From the human T2T-CHM13v2.0 reference genome, Homo sapiens, in assembly GCF_009914755.1 (NCBI RefSeq), contig NC_060934.1: 64,000 bases of DNA. One strand, given 5' to 3'. The notes beneath the pieces are model-generated. The model was not told where the DNA came from and did not search any database. It worked only from the letters and a program-made list of their open reading frames with translations. The position numbers and the translations under genes are program-made. Shown here piece by piece: positions 1 through 13,979 of the stretch. Positions within the stretch are counted from its first letter, which is position 1, and each line of letters opens with the position of its first letter.

Positions 1-80
1 CTCTGCACGAAGCAATGAGGACACAACAGAGAATAAGACACACATGATCTTTGCTCTCACAATGTTCACAGTCTAGCTTG
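1..80 (-). mobile_element. L2 3' fragment
   Basis: Resembles the reverse complement of the L2 3' end (aagacacacatgatctttgctctcacaatgttcacagtctag). Confidence 0.5.
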
Positions 81-1560
81 CTAAACTAATGACTGTACCT
101 GCTACATTATTGAGACAAAATTCAGCATTAGAGCACCCAGAGAAAGAGTAACTGAGCAAGGCAGGACTGAAGGAGAACACAGCCCTTTGGGGAAGCCACT
201 CCCACTGCCCCAGAAATCAGGACAAGGGTCTAGTCTGAGTCTAGTCCTTGTCTAAAGTGTTATTTCTCAGTATTTCCTTCTCTTTCTTCTTAAGTAGAAT
301 GAACAAGATGCAAGTAGCCCTTAATTAGCCCAGCTAATGAAATCCCCTAAAAGCTCCATGATGCGATGATGTGGGGGGTGTGTGTGTGTTGGGGGGGAGG
401 AGGGGGAAAGGGGTGTGCAGGGCTTTACAGTTCCCTGGCTTGTCCAGGTAGCTGGTCCAGTATCCTGCCACTTCTTTGATCATAGGCTTTGTCCTAAGCT
501 GTAGCCGTTTACTTGTAGGGATGCAGATGTGAGGCTTTTTATTGTTTTCTGTCCATCCTCCACTGAAATACAATTAAAAGGGCAACCAAGGATCCTGAAT
601 AAATTGTGCTAGGGTTGAGGGGAGAGAAAGCAGAGGGGGCGCTTTGTCGGTGGATTAGCTTGTTTACGACAGAGCTAAAAACATTTTGTTTCAAGCTGAG
701 TGTTATGCATTTGTCAATAAAACCGGGCTTGGAAAGGGCAAAAATCAGCCTGCTTGTCACAAAGTCCCTGAATGCTTAAGAATCCAGCCCCAGCAGAGGG
801 GCTTGCAAATGTCGGTACTCATCCCAATAACACTCCTGCTCTGGCCACTCAGTGGGAAGGAGATGTATAAAGCTTTGCTGCAGCAGACCCCGAGATGATG
901 ACTTGAATTCAAGTAGTTATCCCAGAATGCACCGGTACGCGAGTGAGGAAATAGATAAGGAACGAAGTCAATACAGGCTGTGTTAATGAGCAGGTTGCAT
1001 CTATAGGCAACCAGGTCTCAGTCTGGCTGGGGATCTCTGGGGGACAGCGTGGAACATGCCTCAAAGTTGTCCCACTGAAGAAAACAGGGAGCTCCAGTAG
1101 ATATCTACCAAATTCCATTTGTTATTGGCACAGGGTTTTGCCTAGGGGTTCAGATTCCCCAGAACTCTTTTGCATGCAGAGAAAGCTTTGCAACAGAATA
1201 GGGCAGTGCTTGTGGAATAGAACACTGGTGTGTACTGAGGGTATAGGGGGAACACCGCCCTTGCTACAAGTGTGAGCCCTCAAGGCAGGAGAAGAAGGAG
1301 CTGATGATCTCATCAGAATTTGGACTGTATCACCCTTTTAGAGTTGCAAGGACCCTGAACCAGTCCTCTGAAAGTGGCTGCTGGGAAAGCCACGGCAAAG
1401 AAAAGCAGGATGCACTTAGGGAGCCTGAGAATCTGGCCCCAGAACTGGAGGAAGTCCAAATCCAGATCTCCTGGAGAGCAAGGAATGCACACCCTCTGTA
1501 TGAGAGATTTCAATTAATAGGCCATGGACCTCAGCTTACTAGAGTTGCATTTTATGTGGC

Positions 1561-1604
1561 AGAGAGAGAGAGAGAAAAAGAGAGAGAGAGAGAAAGAGAG
1601 AAAG
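1561..1604. repeat. (GA)n-rich microsatellite
   Basis: agagagagag...aaagagagaaag seen directly. Confidence 0.9.
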
Positions 1605-2199
1605 TATGTGAGTAAATAAATTACTTGCAATGTATACAAATCTACATTATTCATATAAAAATCTAGATTTCTAGCTTCTGTTTTAAAAAATCTGATGATA
1701 ATGCAGAGACTGCCTTTACACGTGACTGCATTACCTGGGAGGTAAGTAGCAAATTCCCTTATGGATGGGACATGGACTTCCTTTGGGCACAGCCCCATCA
1801 CTCCCTAAATTCTTCCCCTGCCACTGAGACTGTCAGTTGTATTTACCAGAGTGCTTTTGCTTTTGCTTTTCTTATATTCTGCTTCACTCATTTACATTCC
1901 CTGCCTAACTGTTGTCAACCTCTGCATGGGTAGCCCCTGATTTATGGAAACTTCTCCCTTCATAACCACACTCCAAGGGCCACTAGTGGACAACCAGTTT
2001 CTAAGAATTTTACTTGCCCTCTATGACTCCATCTCCACAGTCTGATAAGTGTTCAAACTCTTCTCTTTAGTATTTAAAACACTGAGAAACTTTCATTATC
2101 TTTCCCCAAACCCCCTCACCTTATGTCCCACCACTCTCATGCCTATATGAGGGGCCTATATGCCTATTGCATCTTTTCAAAGCAAATTGACTAAACAGT

Positions 2200-3043
2200 G
2201 ATATCCAGACGACATCACTGGAATTGTGCTTTCCTGTCCCAACCAAACTACTCATCTCTCCGAAACCCGATTGTCCCTCCTTATAAGTGGCAAGTTAAGA
2301 AACAATAGATTCATCCTCATTCCTCTCTTTATCTCACAAAGCACATCCAATCAATTGGCAAACTCTTTCAGTATTACCTCCAAAATTTCCCTTAGTTCCA
2401 AGTGCTGTACTCCAAACCACCTCCAAAGCCACCGTGACAGCACAAGCCACTATACGCTGTCAGATCATATTAATGATCTCCTGATAGGTTCCCCACTTCC
2501 ATCATTGCTCCCCGATAGTCTATAGTCAACACAGCAGCCAGTTCATTCTTCTGGAATGTAGCCCAGATCATGCTATCATTTGTTCAAAGCCCCCTTTCAT
2601 TTCTTCTCTGATGTCTTCTCCTAATGACCCCTCCACCATCAACTCATTCCAGCTATACTGCCTCCTCACTTTTCCCTGGAAACCTCAGACATGTTCATTC
2701 CAAGGATGCTGAGTACTTGCTGTCCCCTCTACCTGGAAGCCTATTTCCATGTACATTTGCAAGACTTATGATATCACATCCTTTAGAACGCAGATAAAAT
2801 GTCAACTGCTCTGACTCCACTACTTAAAATTATAACCTACTCCGCAACTCCAAGAAATCCTTATTTAATTTTTCCCCATAGCTCTGTTCATCATCTGACA
2901 CTATTTCACTTACCTTTTCACTCATTTCCTGTTCCCTCTGCAGGAACTTTATCTGTTTTGTTTTCTCATTTACCTGCATTTTCTAGAGTGGACCTGGACC
3001 TAAGGCAACTGCTCAATTATATTTGCTGGATAAATCAATCAAT
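2200..3043 (+). mobile_element. L2 (L2a-like) 3' portion
   Basis: L2 motifs (cacatccaatcaattggcaa, caacacagcagccag, cagatcatg) ending in a degenerate ctcaattatatttgctggataaatcaatcaatg tail. Confidence 0.75.
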
Positions 3044-3502
3044 GCCTTCTCTTGCTTGATTAACCCTTCCCTGGACAGGAAATTTCTTCTCAATACCTAA
3101 CTAAATCTAGCCAATTCTCAGAATGTAGGCACCTTTTTTACATCTTCCAAGAAGTCTTTCTCATTATTCTTCCTAACTACTACATTTCCTGAAGTTACGA
3201 TAATAGATGGAAAAAGACCAGTAGAAATGATTGCATGTTTATCCGGAAAATTGAGAATGGGATTGTGGGTCTTTATGACAATTTCAACAAGTAGGTGGAG
3301 GCACAAAAAGTGACCAAAAAAAAAAAAAAAAATCTGTGTGAAGCTACCATCTGTGCTGCAAAGCTATTCCCTCTGAACTTGCTGAACCACTTTCTCAGAC
3401 TCTACTGGGCTGAAGTAGAGACATTCACGGATTTAAAAAACAATGTTTCAGGCAGACAAAGAAGCAAGAGAAAATAACAGAAAAGATAGCTGCATATTTT
3501 AG

Positions 3503-3880
3503 CCTACTGGTTATCTGTTGCTGCGTGATAAACTACCCCAGCACTTAATGGTCTAAAACAGCAGGTGTTTATTACGGATCACAAATTTATGAACAGGCAG
3601 TTCTGTTGATTTGCGCCGGACACCACTGACGCCTTCTGGGTTTGCTTAGGTGTTTTTGTCAGCTGGTAGGTGGTAGAGGGCTGGCTGGTCTTGGGTAGCT
3701 TTGCTCTCCTTTCTGGCATTAGCCGGCAATTTTGAAGAATGACAGGGGTGACTGGGCCACACATCTGTTGTTTTTCAGTATACTGACCTGAGCTTGTCCT
3801 CCAGGTGTCAGGGCTCCCAGAGGTTCATGGAAACACCTAAGGTTTCTTGGGGACTGGGGGAACTTACAACTGTGCAGTGT
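3503..3880 (-). mobile_element. MLT1-family MaLR LTR
   Basis: Begins with the reverse complement of the MLT1 3' end (gttatctgttgctgcgtgataaactaccccagcacttaatggtctaaaac); right boundary approximate. Confidence 0.65.
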
Positions 3881-4996
3881 AACCATATATACTGTCCCAA
3901 GAGTTTGATTTTAATACTTCAATTCTCATAGACAAGTTTGGGACAGAAGGTTAATTGCAAGATCAACCTCTTTGCATATATACTGAAACCTTCAAATATA
4001 GAATAAAAGAACTTTAAAAGACAGTATCTTGCTTTACTTAGGAAGAGCTTGGAATGCATTTAGCCACATGCAGCACTCTGCAAAAGTGTGCATGGCCTTT
4101 CAAGCTTGAAGAGAGAAGACACAAACATCAAAAACAGCCTGTTCCCTTCAGCAGTCAGAACCCAGAGGGGTCGTCAGAGTCTCTGAGCTCCAGGCTTGGG
4201 GTAAATAAAAATTTATGTCTTGTACCTTGTGCAATGAGGCAAAAGGAAAAGACTGAAATAAACATGGGGAAAGAGACAGAGGACTTGATGGATATGAGGA
4301 GATTGTGGGATAAAGAAATTCAGAGAAAGTCAGCTGGGTGAGGGAGGAAGTAGGCTTGAGAACCATTGTGTCCAGGGCCTTTTGGCTTTGGGGCTGCTTG
4401 GCCTCATTTTGAAAAGATGTTGCTGAAACAGTGTTTATGCTGCATGATACAATAATACTGCAGATTGTCAAATGAGGCCAAATCCTAGGTGGTAAGGTAG
4501 GATCCCCGCAGGGCAAGTCTTGGAAGCTGTTTCTTCTTCATTTCTCACATTTTAATATTTTACCAAATTGCTTGATGTCAGCTATGTCGTAATTTAATTT
4601 TCTTGGAAATTAGCATGTTTCAGTTTGTTTTTCTTACTCACTATTTTGGAGACAGCCTGGTTAAAACCTTCCCACTCATGAAATTTCTAGTCAAAATATT
4701 TTAGGAAGGAAGCTCAAACATTCATTGTTTGCCTCATTAAAAATTAACTCAGGCAGATGGAGAAAGAATACAATGTGTGCTTTCCTCTCAGTCAGATTTA
4801 TTGTCTGTCCCTGCCTTCATCCAGCACACTAGGACATAATCTTTCTCCACAAGGGCCATAGGACCAGGTGCAAGAACACAGCTGCATTTTTTCAGAAGTG
4901 AGACTGAGGTTAAGATATCTTGTGGTGGTCACACAGATTGAGAAGTGGAGTCGGAGCTGGAGCTGCAGTTATGGGGACAAGATCAGTGTTGCCCTC

Positions 4997-5422
4997 TAGT
5001 TTTGTCCATTTGCATTGCTATAAAGGAATGCTTTGAGACTGAGTAGTTTATTTAAAAAAGAGGTTTATTTGGCTCACAGTTCTGCAGGCTGTACGTGAAG
5101 CATAGTGCTGGCATCTGCTTCTGGTGAGGGCCCCAGGAAGCTTACAGTCATGGAAGAAGGTGAAGGGGAGCCAGCATGTCACGTGGAATGAGAGGGAGCA
5201 AAAGAGAGGGAGAGGAGGTGATGCCAGACTCTTTTAAACAACCAGGTCTCATGTGAACTCATAGAGTGAGAACTTCATTCTTGTTACCTCCAGAACAGCA
5301 CCAAGACATTCATGAGGGATCCGCCTTCATGACCCAAACACTTCCCACTGGGCCTACTTCCAACAGTGGAGGCCATATTTCAACTTGAGATTTGAAGGGG
5401 ACAAAACATCCAAACCATATCA
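4997..5422 (-). mobile_element. MST (MSTB-like) MaLR solo LTR
   Basis: Full MST pattern ending caaaccatatca; possible degenerate TSD ccctc/ctctc. Confidence 0.9.
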
Positions 5423-5609
5423 CTCTCAAAGCATCGTAGCAGGACAAGAAGGAGGCCTCAGACTTTCCTAGTGCAGAAAACATTAAGAAAACATGTCTTC
5501 TCTAAACCCTAACCTCAAGGGAATATATTAGACATTGTGCCTGCCCTCCATCTGTTCTTGGGTCCCCTGCCTGTGAAATACCTTGGATCCTTTGCTTTTG
5601 GTTCAGTCA

Positions 5610-5830
5610 TGCGTTCATTTCTGCAAGGGCTCATCCACCCCCTCCTATGTGCCAGGTTCTCTCTTAGGTGATGCAACACAGAAAACAACATATTCCTTGC
5701 CCTCATGGAGATCATAGTGTCACAGGAATTTGCATTATAAGAATCTACTGAGCAACACAAGTCTTCTGATGAGGCAAGTACAGGATCTTGTAGGAGCACA
5801 TAGGAAAGGCATCTGACAAAGCCTGAATTA
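5610..5830 (-). mobile_element. L2 fragment
   Basis: ctcctatgtgccagg...ccttgccctcatggag, the antisense L2 3' end. Confidence 0.6.
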
Positions 5831-6204
5831 TTGACATGTATGTTTGGGAACATGGCTCCCATTCTCACTTCTTGCAATTTTTTTTTCACTCCAGAACACA
5901 GGGAAGGGTGAAAATCTGTTGGGAAAGATGTCATCATCGTCTTTCCAGGGCTGGGCAGGCCACTGAACAGTCATGTGCTACTCTCCACCTTGGACAACAG
6001 AATCTTGAAAATGGTTCATGGCCCAGAGCCTGGAAGCTAAGTCTTTTGCAAGGAGATGAACCCTAGGGAGAGAAAAGGGGTCACCATATTTTCTACCCTC
6101 ACCCAAACCTGATTCTATCCCCAAACAGTGCCACTCTTCATTCTATTCCTCATTATCTGAGGATAGCAGTGTTGAAGAGCCATAATGCTCAGACATTACG
6201 ATCA

Positions 6205-6320
6205 GCAGTTTCACAGACTTGATATCATTTAATCTTCCCAACGGTGCTCTGAAGGAGTTACAATTTGTCCCTGTTTTATAGATAAAGAAATTGAGACAGA
6301 GAGCAATTTGTTAACTTACA
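6205..6320 (-). mobile_element. MIR fragment
   Basis: atcatttaatcttcccaac...ttttatagataaagaaattgag, antisense MIR core. Confidence 0.65.
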
Positions 6321-7859
6321 GACCCATCATGCTCATCCTCAAATAAGTGAACACACTTCTGCCTGAACTCTCAAGCTCTAGTTCTCTGCCCACTTTGATT
6401 CTCAAATAGAGACAAAGGTGGACAGCAGAGAAGGCTCCTGAAGCTTCTTTTCAGAGATCTTCTGGGGCTCCCTAGTATGCAAAGAATCCAGTCTCAAGCA
6501 AAGAATACACTCCAAGAGTATCTTGGAATGTAGGCCTCTCTATTATCAGTTAATATTGCTTTCAAATTCAAATCCATTTTTCTAGCTTCAGCTCTTCTCC
6601 AGTCTGTCTTTCTCCTCTGCTGCAGTGACTCCCAAATACTCACTTGTCTCTCAATGTGTCCTTCAGGTTTCACGGCACGCCCCCCACTCCGCCCTCCCTC
6701 CTTGTTGTTTATATGTTCTCACTGCTTGAAAGGTCCTATATATTGCCATTTCTTGAAATTGCCCTTCCTTCAGAGACCAGCTTTCACCATAAAACTTTCT
6801 TTTATGCCTCCCAGGAGAATATAAACTTACTGTCTTTCATGCTTATAAATCTCTGCAATAAAATTTTATTATACCCCTTCCCTCTGTTGGCTTTTTGCTC
6901 TGTCTTTCCCACTAGAACAGGAGCTCCTGGAGGGCAGGGGCAATGCTTATGTTGTATCCTGCACAATGCAAATCACGTGTCAGCCCTGCACACAATGTCT
7001 CAGTTCATATCTAGGGATTGCAATAAGAATCTACTGCCAGGTCCTTCTCAAACAACTTTCTGGGCTGAAGCCAGGGGCTGGGGGTACAATTGTTTGCTTA
7101 CTGGTTTCAGGCTACTTATCTCTCAGAACTCTCAATTTCCTCACATGTGAAGCAGGATTATAAATACTTGATGAGACATAATGCCAGAATCCAGATATCT
7201 GAATACTTGATTTCTGTTCTGACACATCCTATACAGGAGAAGGATAGTATGAAGAATATGTGTACAGGGCAATGCCGGAGACATAGTCTTGGTTTCTAGC
7301 ATGTGATCTAGCTCCCATGGCCCCTACTCTGGTGACTTGATTGGCCCTTGTGCAGACTAAACAGAGTAGCTATTCTCTTGGTCCAAGAGCTACGCTCGAC
7401 GGCAGGCTTCAGAGGCTTGCTGCACAGATCTTTCTTCAGAGCTCTTTCCTGGCTCCCACTTGGTCTTATGAAGTCAAAAGCAAAAGACTGTCACAAGTTC
7501 TATCTTATTGATAGATAAGATTGTTCTATCTTATTGATAGAAAGATAAGGCCCCTCACAGAAGGGTTTTCTGAAGCCTAGTTCTGTTTATGTACATTTCA
7601 CTTTCCCCTAAAAAATTCCTACCCTGCTGGAATCTGTCTGTTTGACTAACTGCATGTTCTGAAGTGTACCTTTTTATCTTCCAGTCATTTCAAAGCCCTG
7701 CCTTGGTAGGAAAGTAGTATGCATACATGTGTTTGGGACAGATTTTTTTTTAATTTTAAACTAATTATTTGAATAATAACATCATGACCTGAATTAGGCA
7801 GATGCATAGTGGAAAAAAATAATATACTGTTGTTGGTGTCAAGTTTTTCCTTATACCAA

Positions 7860-8020
7860 CAGTAACACCTTGGGAAGTTTTATTAATGCCTCTAGCCTTT
7901 CATTGTAAAATAGAGATGATTATGTTTACCACCTAGGGCTGTTTGAGCATCAAATAAGATAAAGTGTGTGACGATCTTATCACAGTAATTGGCATGAAAT
8001 AGGTGTTTGATACATGTTGG
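7860..8020 (+). mobile_element. MIR fragment
   Basis: cattgtaaaatagagatgatt...agggctgtttgagcatcaaataagataa, MIR core and 3' part. Confidence 0.6.
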
Positions 8021-8830
8021 CACCTTTTTTTCTCTCTTTAAAGTTAACCAACAAGATCCTTTTCTCATCTGATTACAAGTAGTCAGTTTCTTATGAGGGC
8101 CATCTGGGAAGTCAGAACTAGAAGCTTATGCTAATTTTATGACCTCATCACATTCTGTCATCAAAGAAAAGAGCACGATCTAGGGCTGATTCCAAACTTT
8201 CTGCAGAAATGAATTTTTTATACCTACCTGGTGCTTTGGAGCCATCCTAGGCTATTTAGTACTTGAATGTTTAACAAACTTGCTTAAGGCTCTTAGATTA
8301 AACCCGGTGGTTTTTGCTCCAAATTGCTCAGATCTCAGTAGTAGATTTTTGCCCCATGGAAAATCATGGACATTACTGATCTGTAAGAAATAAGTATCAT
8401 TTTATCTTTGGTTAAGATGGTGTCATTGTCATCATCATGACCTCTCCTAGCTGCCAGGAACTCAACACACTGTTGCTTGGGGTCACAAAGACCCATCACC
8501 TGCTCCCAGCCACTCTTTCCCTGACCCTCCCAGACATTACTCCTGGAGCAGGGTGTCACCCGCTGCTTCTCTGGAAGTTGGGCTTGAAGCAGAATGGAAT
8601 GAACCACTCAAACCAGAAAGATCCCCACTCCACTCTCTTCTGGTTGTATTATGTACCCATAGTTTTTCTCAAAAAGTTCTTGAGAAACGGGGTGAGGAGG
8701 TATAGCTAGAAGATTTTTCATGAGCCTCAGGGAGTCAAAATGAAGCCTTTCAATGCCCACATTTTGACTACAAGCAGATGCCAAGCGATGATGGGAGGGA
8801 GACTTGGGCAGTCCTCCTCCTAAGACAGCC

Positions 8831-9055
8831 AGTGCAGTGAAGTTATTGAGAGCATGGGTTTGTAGTTAATTGCTACCACTGTGAGTCTAAAATCTGCATA
8901 GATGTGTGACCATAGTCCAAGTCCTGAGCTTCTCCATGCCCCACTTGCCTCCTCTGTGCAATAGTCATAACACTACTCAATTCACGCTGTTAGGAGGATT
9001 AAATAAGACAATTAATGTAAAATGTGTACGTAGTATTTGACACTACTCTATAAAC
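8831..9055 (+). mobile_element. MIR
   Basis: gtgtgacc...ctctgtgcaatag...gttaggaggattaaataagacaattaatgtaaa, near full-length MIR layout. Confidence 0.65.
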
Positions 9056-10644
9056 ACTGCAAAGTAACTTAACAGTGAGGACCTTCAAGTCACATTATGC
9101 ATTCAAGAGTTTAGAAATTACTGAATGACAAGAATCCAAAGCAGTTTGAATTGGATTATCAAAAAACAAAAGGATAATAGTTTACCTGGGACAAATGTTA
9201 ATTAAGTAGGGAGAACAACAAAGCATTTTCTCTTCTTATTTAAGTTACGTAAAAGCTTTATTTATTATAATCTTTAACATTTTATCTCAATTAGACATTG
9301 GGCCAGTCATAGCCAGGAAGGCAGTGGCTGATTGGATTTGCTGGTGATTCTCAGGCTTGCATTTTCTTATTGATTCATCTCCCTTTACTGTCTTCCTGAT
9401 TTCCCCCACCATGAAGGAGGATGAATTCACCATGACAGAGAAACAGTTCACTTGCCCCCAGATGAGGCATAGCTTCCCCTGAATGGAACAACTTAAGCAG
9501 GTGTACTGGCCTACAAAACTACTGTGCCCTAATGGCCACCTTCCATTCCCTCTGGCTATGACTTATTTCTGTCACCCTGTATTTTGTCCTCTAGGCACAA
9601 AGAGAACCATAGCTCATAACAATGGCATATTGTCCCAGTTGCATGTACGTGCCTGTACATTTGCCTCCACACACAAAATAACATGAAAACACAAAGATGT
9701 ATTTACAGGCATTCACACAAATATGCAAGGTCAGGTGAGAAGTACTCTGATAAACATAAATACCATGTGGCCACATTTAATAGATATAAAAAACAATACT
9801 TGCAAACACACTCATCCGTGCCCACTCTCACACAGACACACACAAACATCAAACACACACACACACACACTTTGATCATGTGACTATCCTGCAGGACTGT
9901 GGAGTACATATAGTACAAATAGACAATTCTGCTTGTTTTAATCACATTTTTTTTAATGAGATTTCTCTAGATCCCTGGATCAGCAGGACAATTCCATATC
10001 CTATTACAATCTGCCAAGATGAAATAGATAAATCTATTAGCCTGCTCTTTGCTTGTTTCATCATTGTGACAGCCTCTCACGGGTCTACATCCATCAAGTT
10101 CCCACGCCATTTGACAGGCAAGTCTCCACCACCAAGCTGCAGGTTAATAGCTCCTTAATCTCTATTTAATTGCTCATTAATAATTCCAATACTGCTTTCC
10201 TCTGTTAATTGATTAAAAAACAGTCTCAGCGGAAGTGAATAATGAAGTTTGGTAGCAGCCGACTATGGGATGAGTTTTTGTTGTCAAGATAATCAAGAAG
10301 AAATAGTGACCAAAACACTCTTTGTTCCATTTGCAGATTTCTATAATGCATGAACTGACAGGGCCTTTGGAATTCAACTACATCAGCATATATAGTCACT
10401 ACTACAACCAAGTTGTGAGCCACAAATGGTTAAACAGTTTTCTAGGGACAACAGCATTCTGTGATCAAATAAATCTGGCAGATCAGGCATACAAATGTCT
10501 CTCACACTTTGGAGTCTTACATTAATTATTGGTATATTAAAAGCTCTGAAATTCTGCAGTTTGAGACATCTCTTTACATTGTTCAGGCAATCTTAACCCA
10601 ATGTTACCTGGCAATACAATCACATATCTTACTGAGCACCATTT

Positions 10645-11090
10645 CATTTATCAATTGCCGCATAACGGATTACCCCCAAATTTAGTGGCTTTAAACAACA
10701 ATGATGGATGATTTTTATAATACTGTGGCTATCCTGTGCTGGAAGGTGGAGGACTGTCTGGCAGTTGATGTTGTCTGGGAAGCCTCACTCCTCTTCTACA
10801 TGGTTTCTCATCCACCAAAAGCTTTTCTTAAAAGGTGAGCTCAACACAGTGTAGTACTCAATAGGGCAAACAACAAGCACCATTAAGCTACTAAACGCTT
10901 AGCCGCAAAAGTCGAACATTACCCTGTCATGTAATATTAAACAAAGCAGTCATAAGGCTAGGCTAGATTCAAAGTGTATATAAGTTGATGTCTCTCTGTG
11001 GAAGGGAGGACAGGTAAAGTCACACTGCAAAGAGGCCCTTGGGATGCAGGAAGGAATTGTTGTGGCCATCTTGGAATATAATCTACCACT
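10645..11090 (-). mobile_element. MLT1-family MaLR LTR
   Basis: tacccccaaatttagtggctttaaacaac at the left end and ggccatcttggaatataatctaccac at the right end (MLT1 termini, antisense). Confidence 0.75.
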
Positions 11091-11139
11091 AACTGCTGAG
11101 CAGTTTTTGAAACACAGTTCAGAAAATGCCAATGTAGAA

Positions 11140-11275
11140 CAATTCTTACATTTTCCAGATTAAGATACTGAGACTCATGGATGTAGAATGATCTGCCTAA
11201 GGGCACATAGCCAGTAATTAACAGACCTGAAGTTAGAATCTAGTCCCCACACTTCAAATCTTCTGTCTTTGTCAT
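11140..11275 (-). mobile_element. MIR fragment
   Basis: ctgagactcatggatgtagaatgatctgcctaagggcacatagccagtaa. Confidence 0.65.
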
Positions 11276-13979
11276 GGTGTTGCCAGAGGATGCTCTACCA
11301 ATTAGGAGTAGTGTGAATCACATCCAAACACTTACTCTCTGGATTTGGGTAGTTCTAGACCCTGATCTTGGTCTTCTAAACAACTCCAGCTAGACTTGTT
11401 AAATCAGGAATAACTCAATAAACCAGAGTTGCAGCTTCTTGTGCTTTTATTCCATGAATAATAGGTTCTGGAAAGAGCCAAACTTGGAGATTGTGAATGG
11501 CATGGGTTGGGTGAGCCCTTTCAAAAAATTCTGTGAGATAAAGTAACCTGGATTTTTCCCGCTAATATTTTAGTTATATTTCCTAGATTTCTACTGAGTT
11601 CTACACATTTACAATCCATAGTCAGATCTTCACTGACTCCCCCAAGTCCCTGAAAACATAATCTAGCCCAGCTCTTTGACAGCTTATAAGTGAATTTACT
11701 TAATGCTCCCCTAAGTTGGCAACTTATTCTAAACATAGCTTTCATGTTATTGCAAAGCTTAAAAGCAAATCCAGAAATAATTACTCTTCCACGAATTTTT
11801 CCTAAACTGGTCAAGGTAGGCATGAAAACTTTACCCAGTTCTTGTACCTGAGAATTTAGCTCAATCCCCCTCTACTTTTGTGTCATTATGGCCTCTTGTT
11901 TTGCACGCTCTGTAAGATTTTATTGAGTCTACTGAAAATATGTTTGCTGCTTGAATGTATTGTACTTATGTTAAGTAAACCCTCTTTTATTTATCTACAA
12001 GGTGCTTGAATTTTACTGTATTATAATGCTAGTACTGTAACTCTTGGACTCGAAGGTATCCCATGAAAAGGGCCACATCTGATTTTTTTTTTGCAGATAT
12101 CTAAGGTCAAAATCTGCTGCATCGGTGCCTGGAGAATGCTTGGTGGTGACGACTTGATCAATATCTCCAAGACACTGGCTCCTAGCAACATTTTGAATTA
12201 ACTTGGCTTTAAATGTTCCAGCTCCCTTTGCTCAGGAAAGCTCATGAAAAAGAAACACTAAAATTAAGGCTAATGATTATAGAGAAAAAACATGTAGTAC
12301 ACCTCACAGATAATACATGAGACTAGCTTCATCTTCCTTCTGTAACACGTTTATGATGAACAGAACACAACCTTTTTCTGGATGGCATTTTCAGCTGATG
12401 TGTCACAGCATGAAAGGGTCTAAAGATTACATGTACTTCCCATTCTTAGCTTGTTATAAGGCAGGAGGAACAGAGGATGAGGGATTTTGTGGCTGTGATT
12501 TTTACATGAAGAGCAGGGATGGGTGTTAGGTCCCTAGCCTGATATTTAAATCTAAGATTACCTGGAAACTAAGCAGGAGAAAGAAAAAAGCAGGCTATAT
12601 TATAAGCACAGCCAATATCAAATAAACTTTGAAAGACTTCTCTGGAAATGCTGTTAAAATTCAGCTCAAACCTTTATTTGTTTATTTGTTTGATTTTTCC
12701 CTGAGACGGAGGCTACAAGAAGCAGAAAAGCAAATACCCTATGTGATGCTTGTATTTGAGAACTACAGAGAGAGGTTAACTGATGAAGTTCAAGTGTCAA
12801 GGAGAATACCCACTTTGAGCCACTTCAGATCTTGGGAGGTGCCAATCTTCCTGGGTCCTGATATTAAAGTCCTCAGAGTATGCAGCTAGGTCCAGTTGGC
12901 AGGATAGAGCATCAAATGACATTTGGAAGACTGGTCTAATCTGATAAACAATTAAATCACATTCCCCTGAAATTTGCCTTTCCAAATATTGTCTGTACTG
13001 AAGTCAAGATAAGAAGTCAAATTGTGAAAATGTATTGGTTTAAAAATGAAATGGCCTCTGATATGCATTGAAGCAATGCCTCTGTTCATTGAGTCACCTT
13101 TCTAGAATTCTCTAAGTGTCACCTGCAACCTCTTTTTTTCTCTTTAAACCACCTGCTTTCACATTCACCCACTCTACTTCCTACCTGTCTTTTCTATTTA
13201 TTGACTCACTAGAATTAGTCACTCATTTTGGTGCTATTTCTGCTCCAGGGTTACCCAAGTTAATATGTATGTAACTGTGGCTTACTTGTAGTTCTTTGAA
13301 GTCAGATAAATCAGAGGCAAATGCAGAACCAAAGAAGTGAGGGGACTGATAAGGAGACATCAACGTTAATACAACTTTAAAACAAGGATACTTTCATTTC
13401 ACTGGAGATTGAGACAAGTTTCCAGTGAAAATGTCAGGATTCATGGAAGCAGGTTCACAAAGGAACTAAGATAAAAATGCTTCACCTTGTTCTTTTAAAT
13501 AATTGAAACACAGAGGGGGGAAATGGGTGCAACACAAGCTGAGGAAGAGTCAATTGAAGGTGTGTATAAGGGAATGGGTTGAGGGGGGAAGATGATCACA
13601 CCCTAGGTATCAACTCCAGGGACAAGATCTACTGCACCAACACAACAGAAGTCAACCCAGAAGTACTTGTGAAGAGATTGGATGGATACAACCAGGGTTC
13701 AAAACTTTGTAATTTAAATTAAAAAACAATCAACTTTACCTCTTTTTAAAAAAGATGAAATGGACCCACCCAACATTTTCAGTAGGATGAACAGTCTCTT
13801 CAAGGCAAGTTACCCTGACAGGCTGCATACTGAGGACTTACTATGAGGTTTATCTGTGGCTACAGCATATGCAACTTCTCCAACCTAAGCAAAACTAGAA
13901 CAAACACCTCAATAAATAGTAAAGTTGTTTATATTTTATTTAAAGGGATCTTTTTAAACTTTTGATTTTGAAATATGGA

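Noticed and set aside
1938-1947. Second TGATTTATGG PBX-HOX motif
   Set aside because: The nearest full MEIS site is about 100 bp away and there is little supporting motif context.
12080-12240. Possible exon after the strong acceptor ttttttttttgcag (~12097), and donor-like caggtaaggtaag (~22413)
   Set aside because: Isolated splice-like motifs are common by chance, and I could not pair them with partner sites. They could be lncRNA exons but need RNA data.
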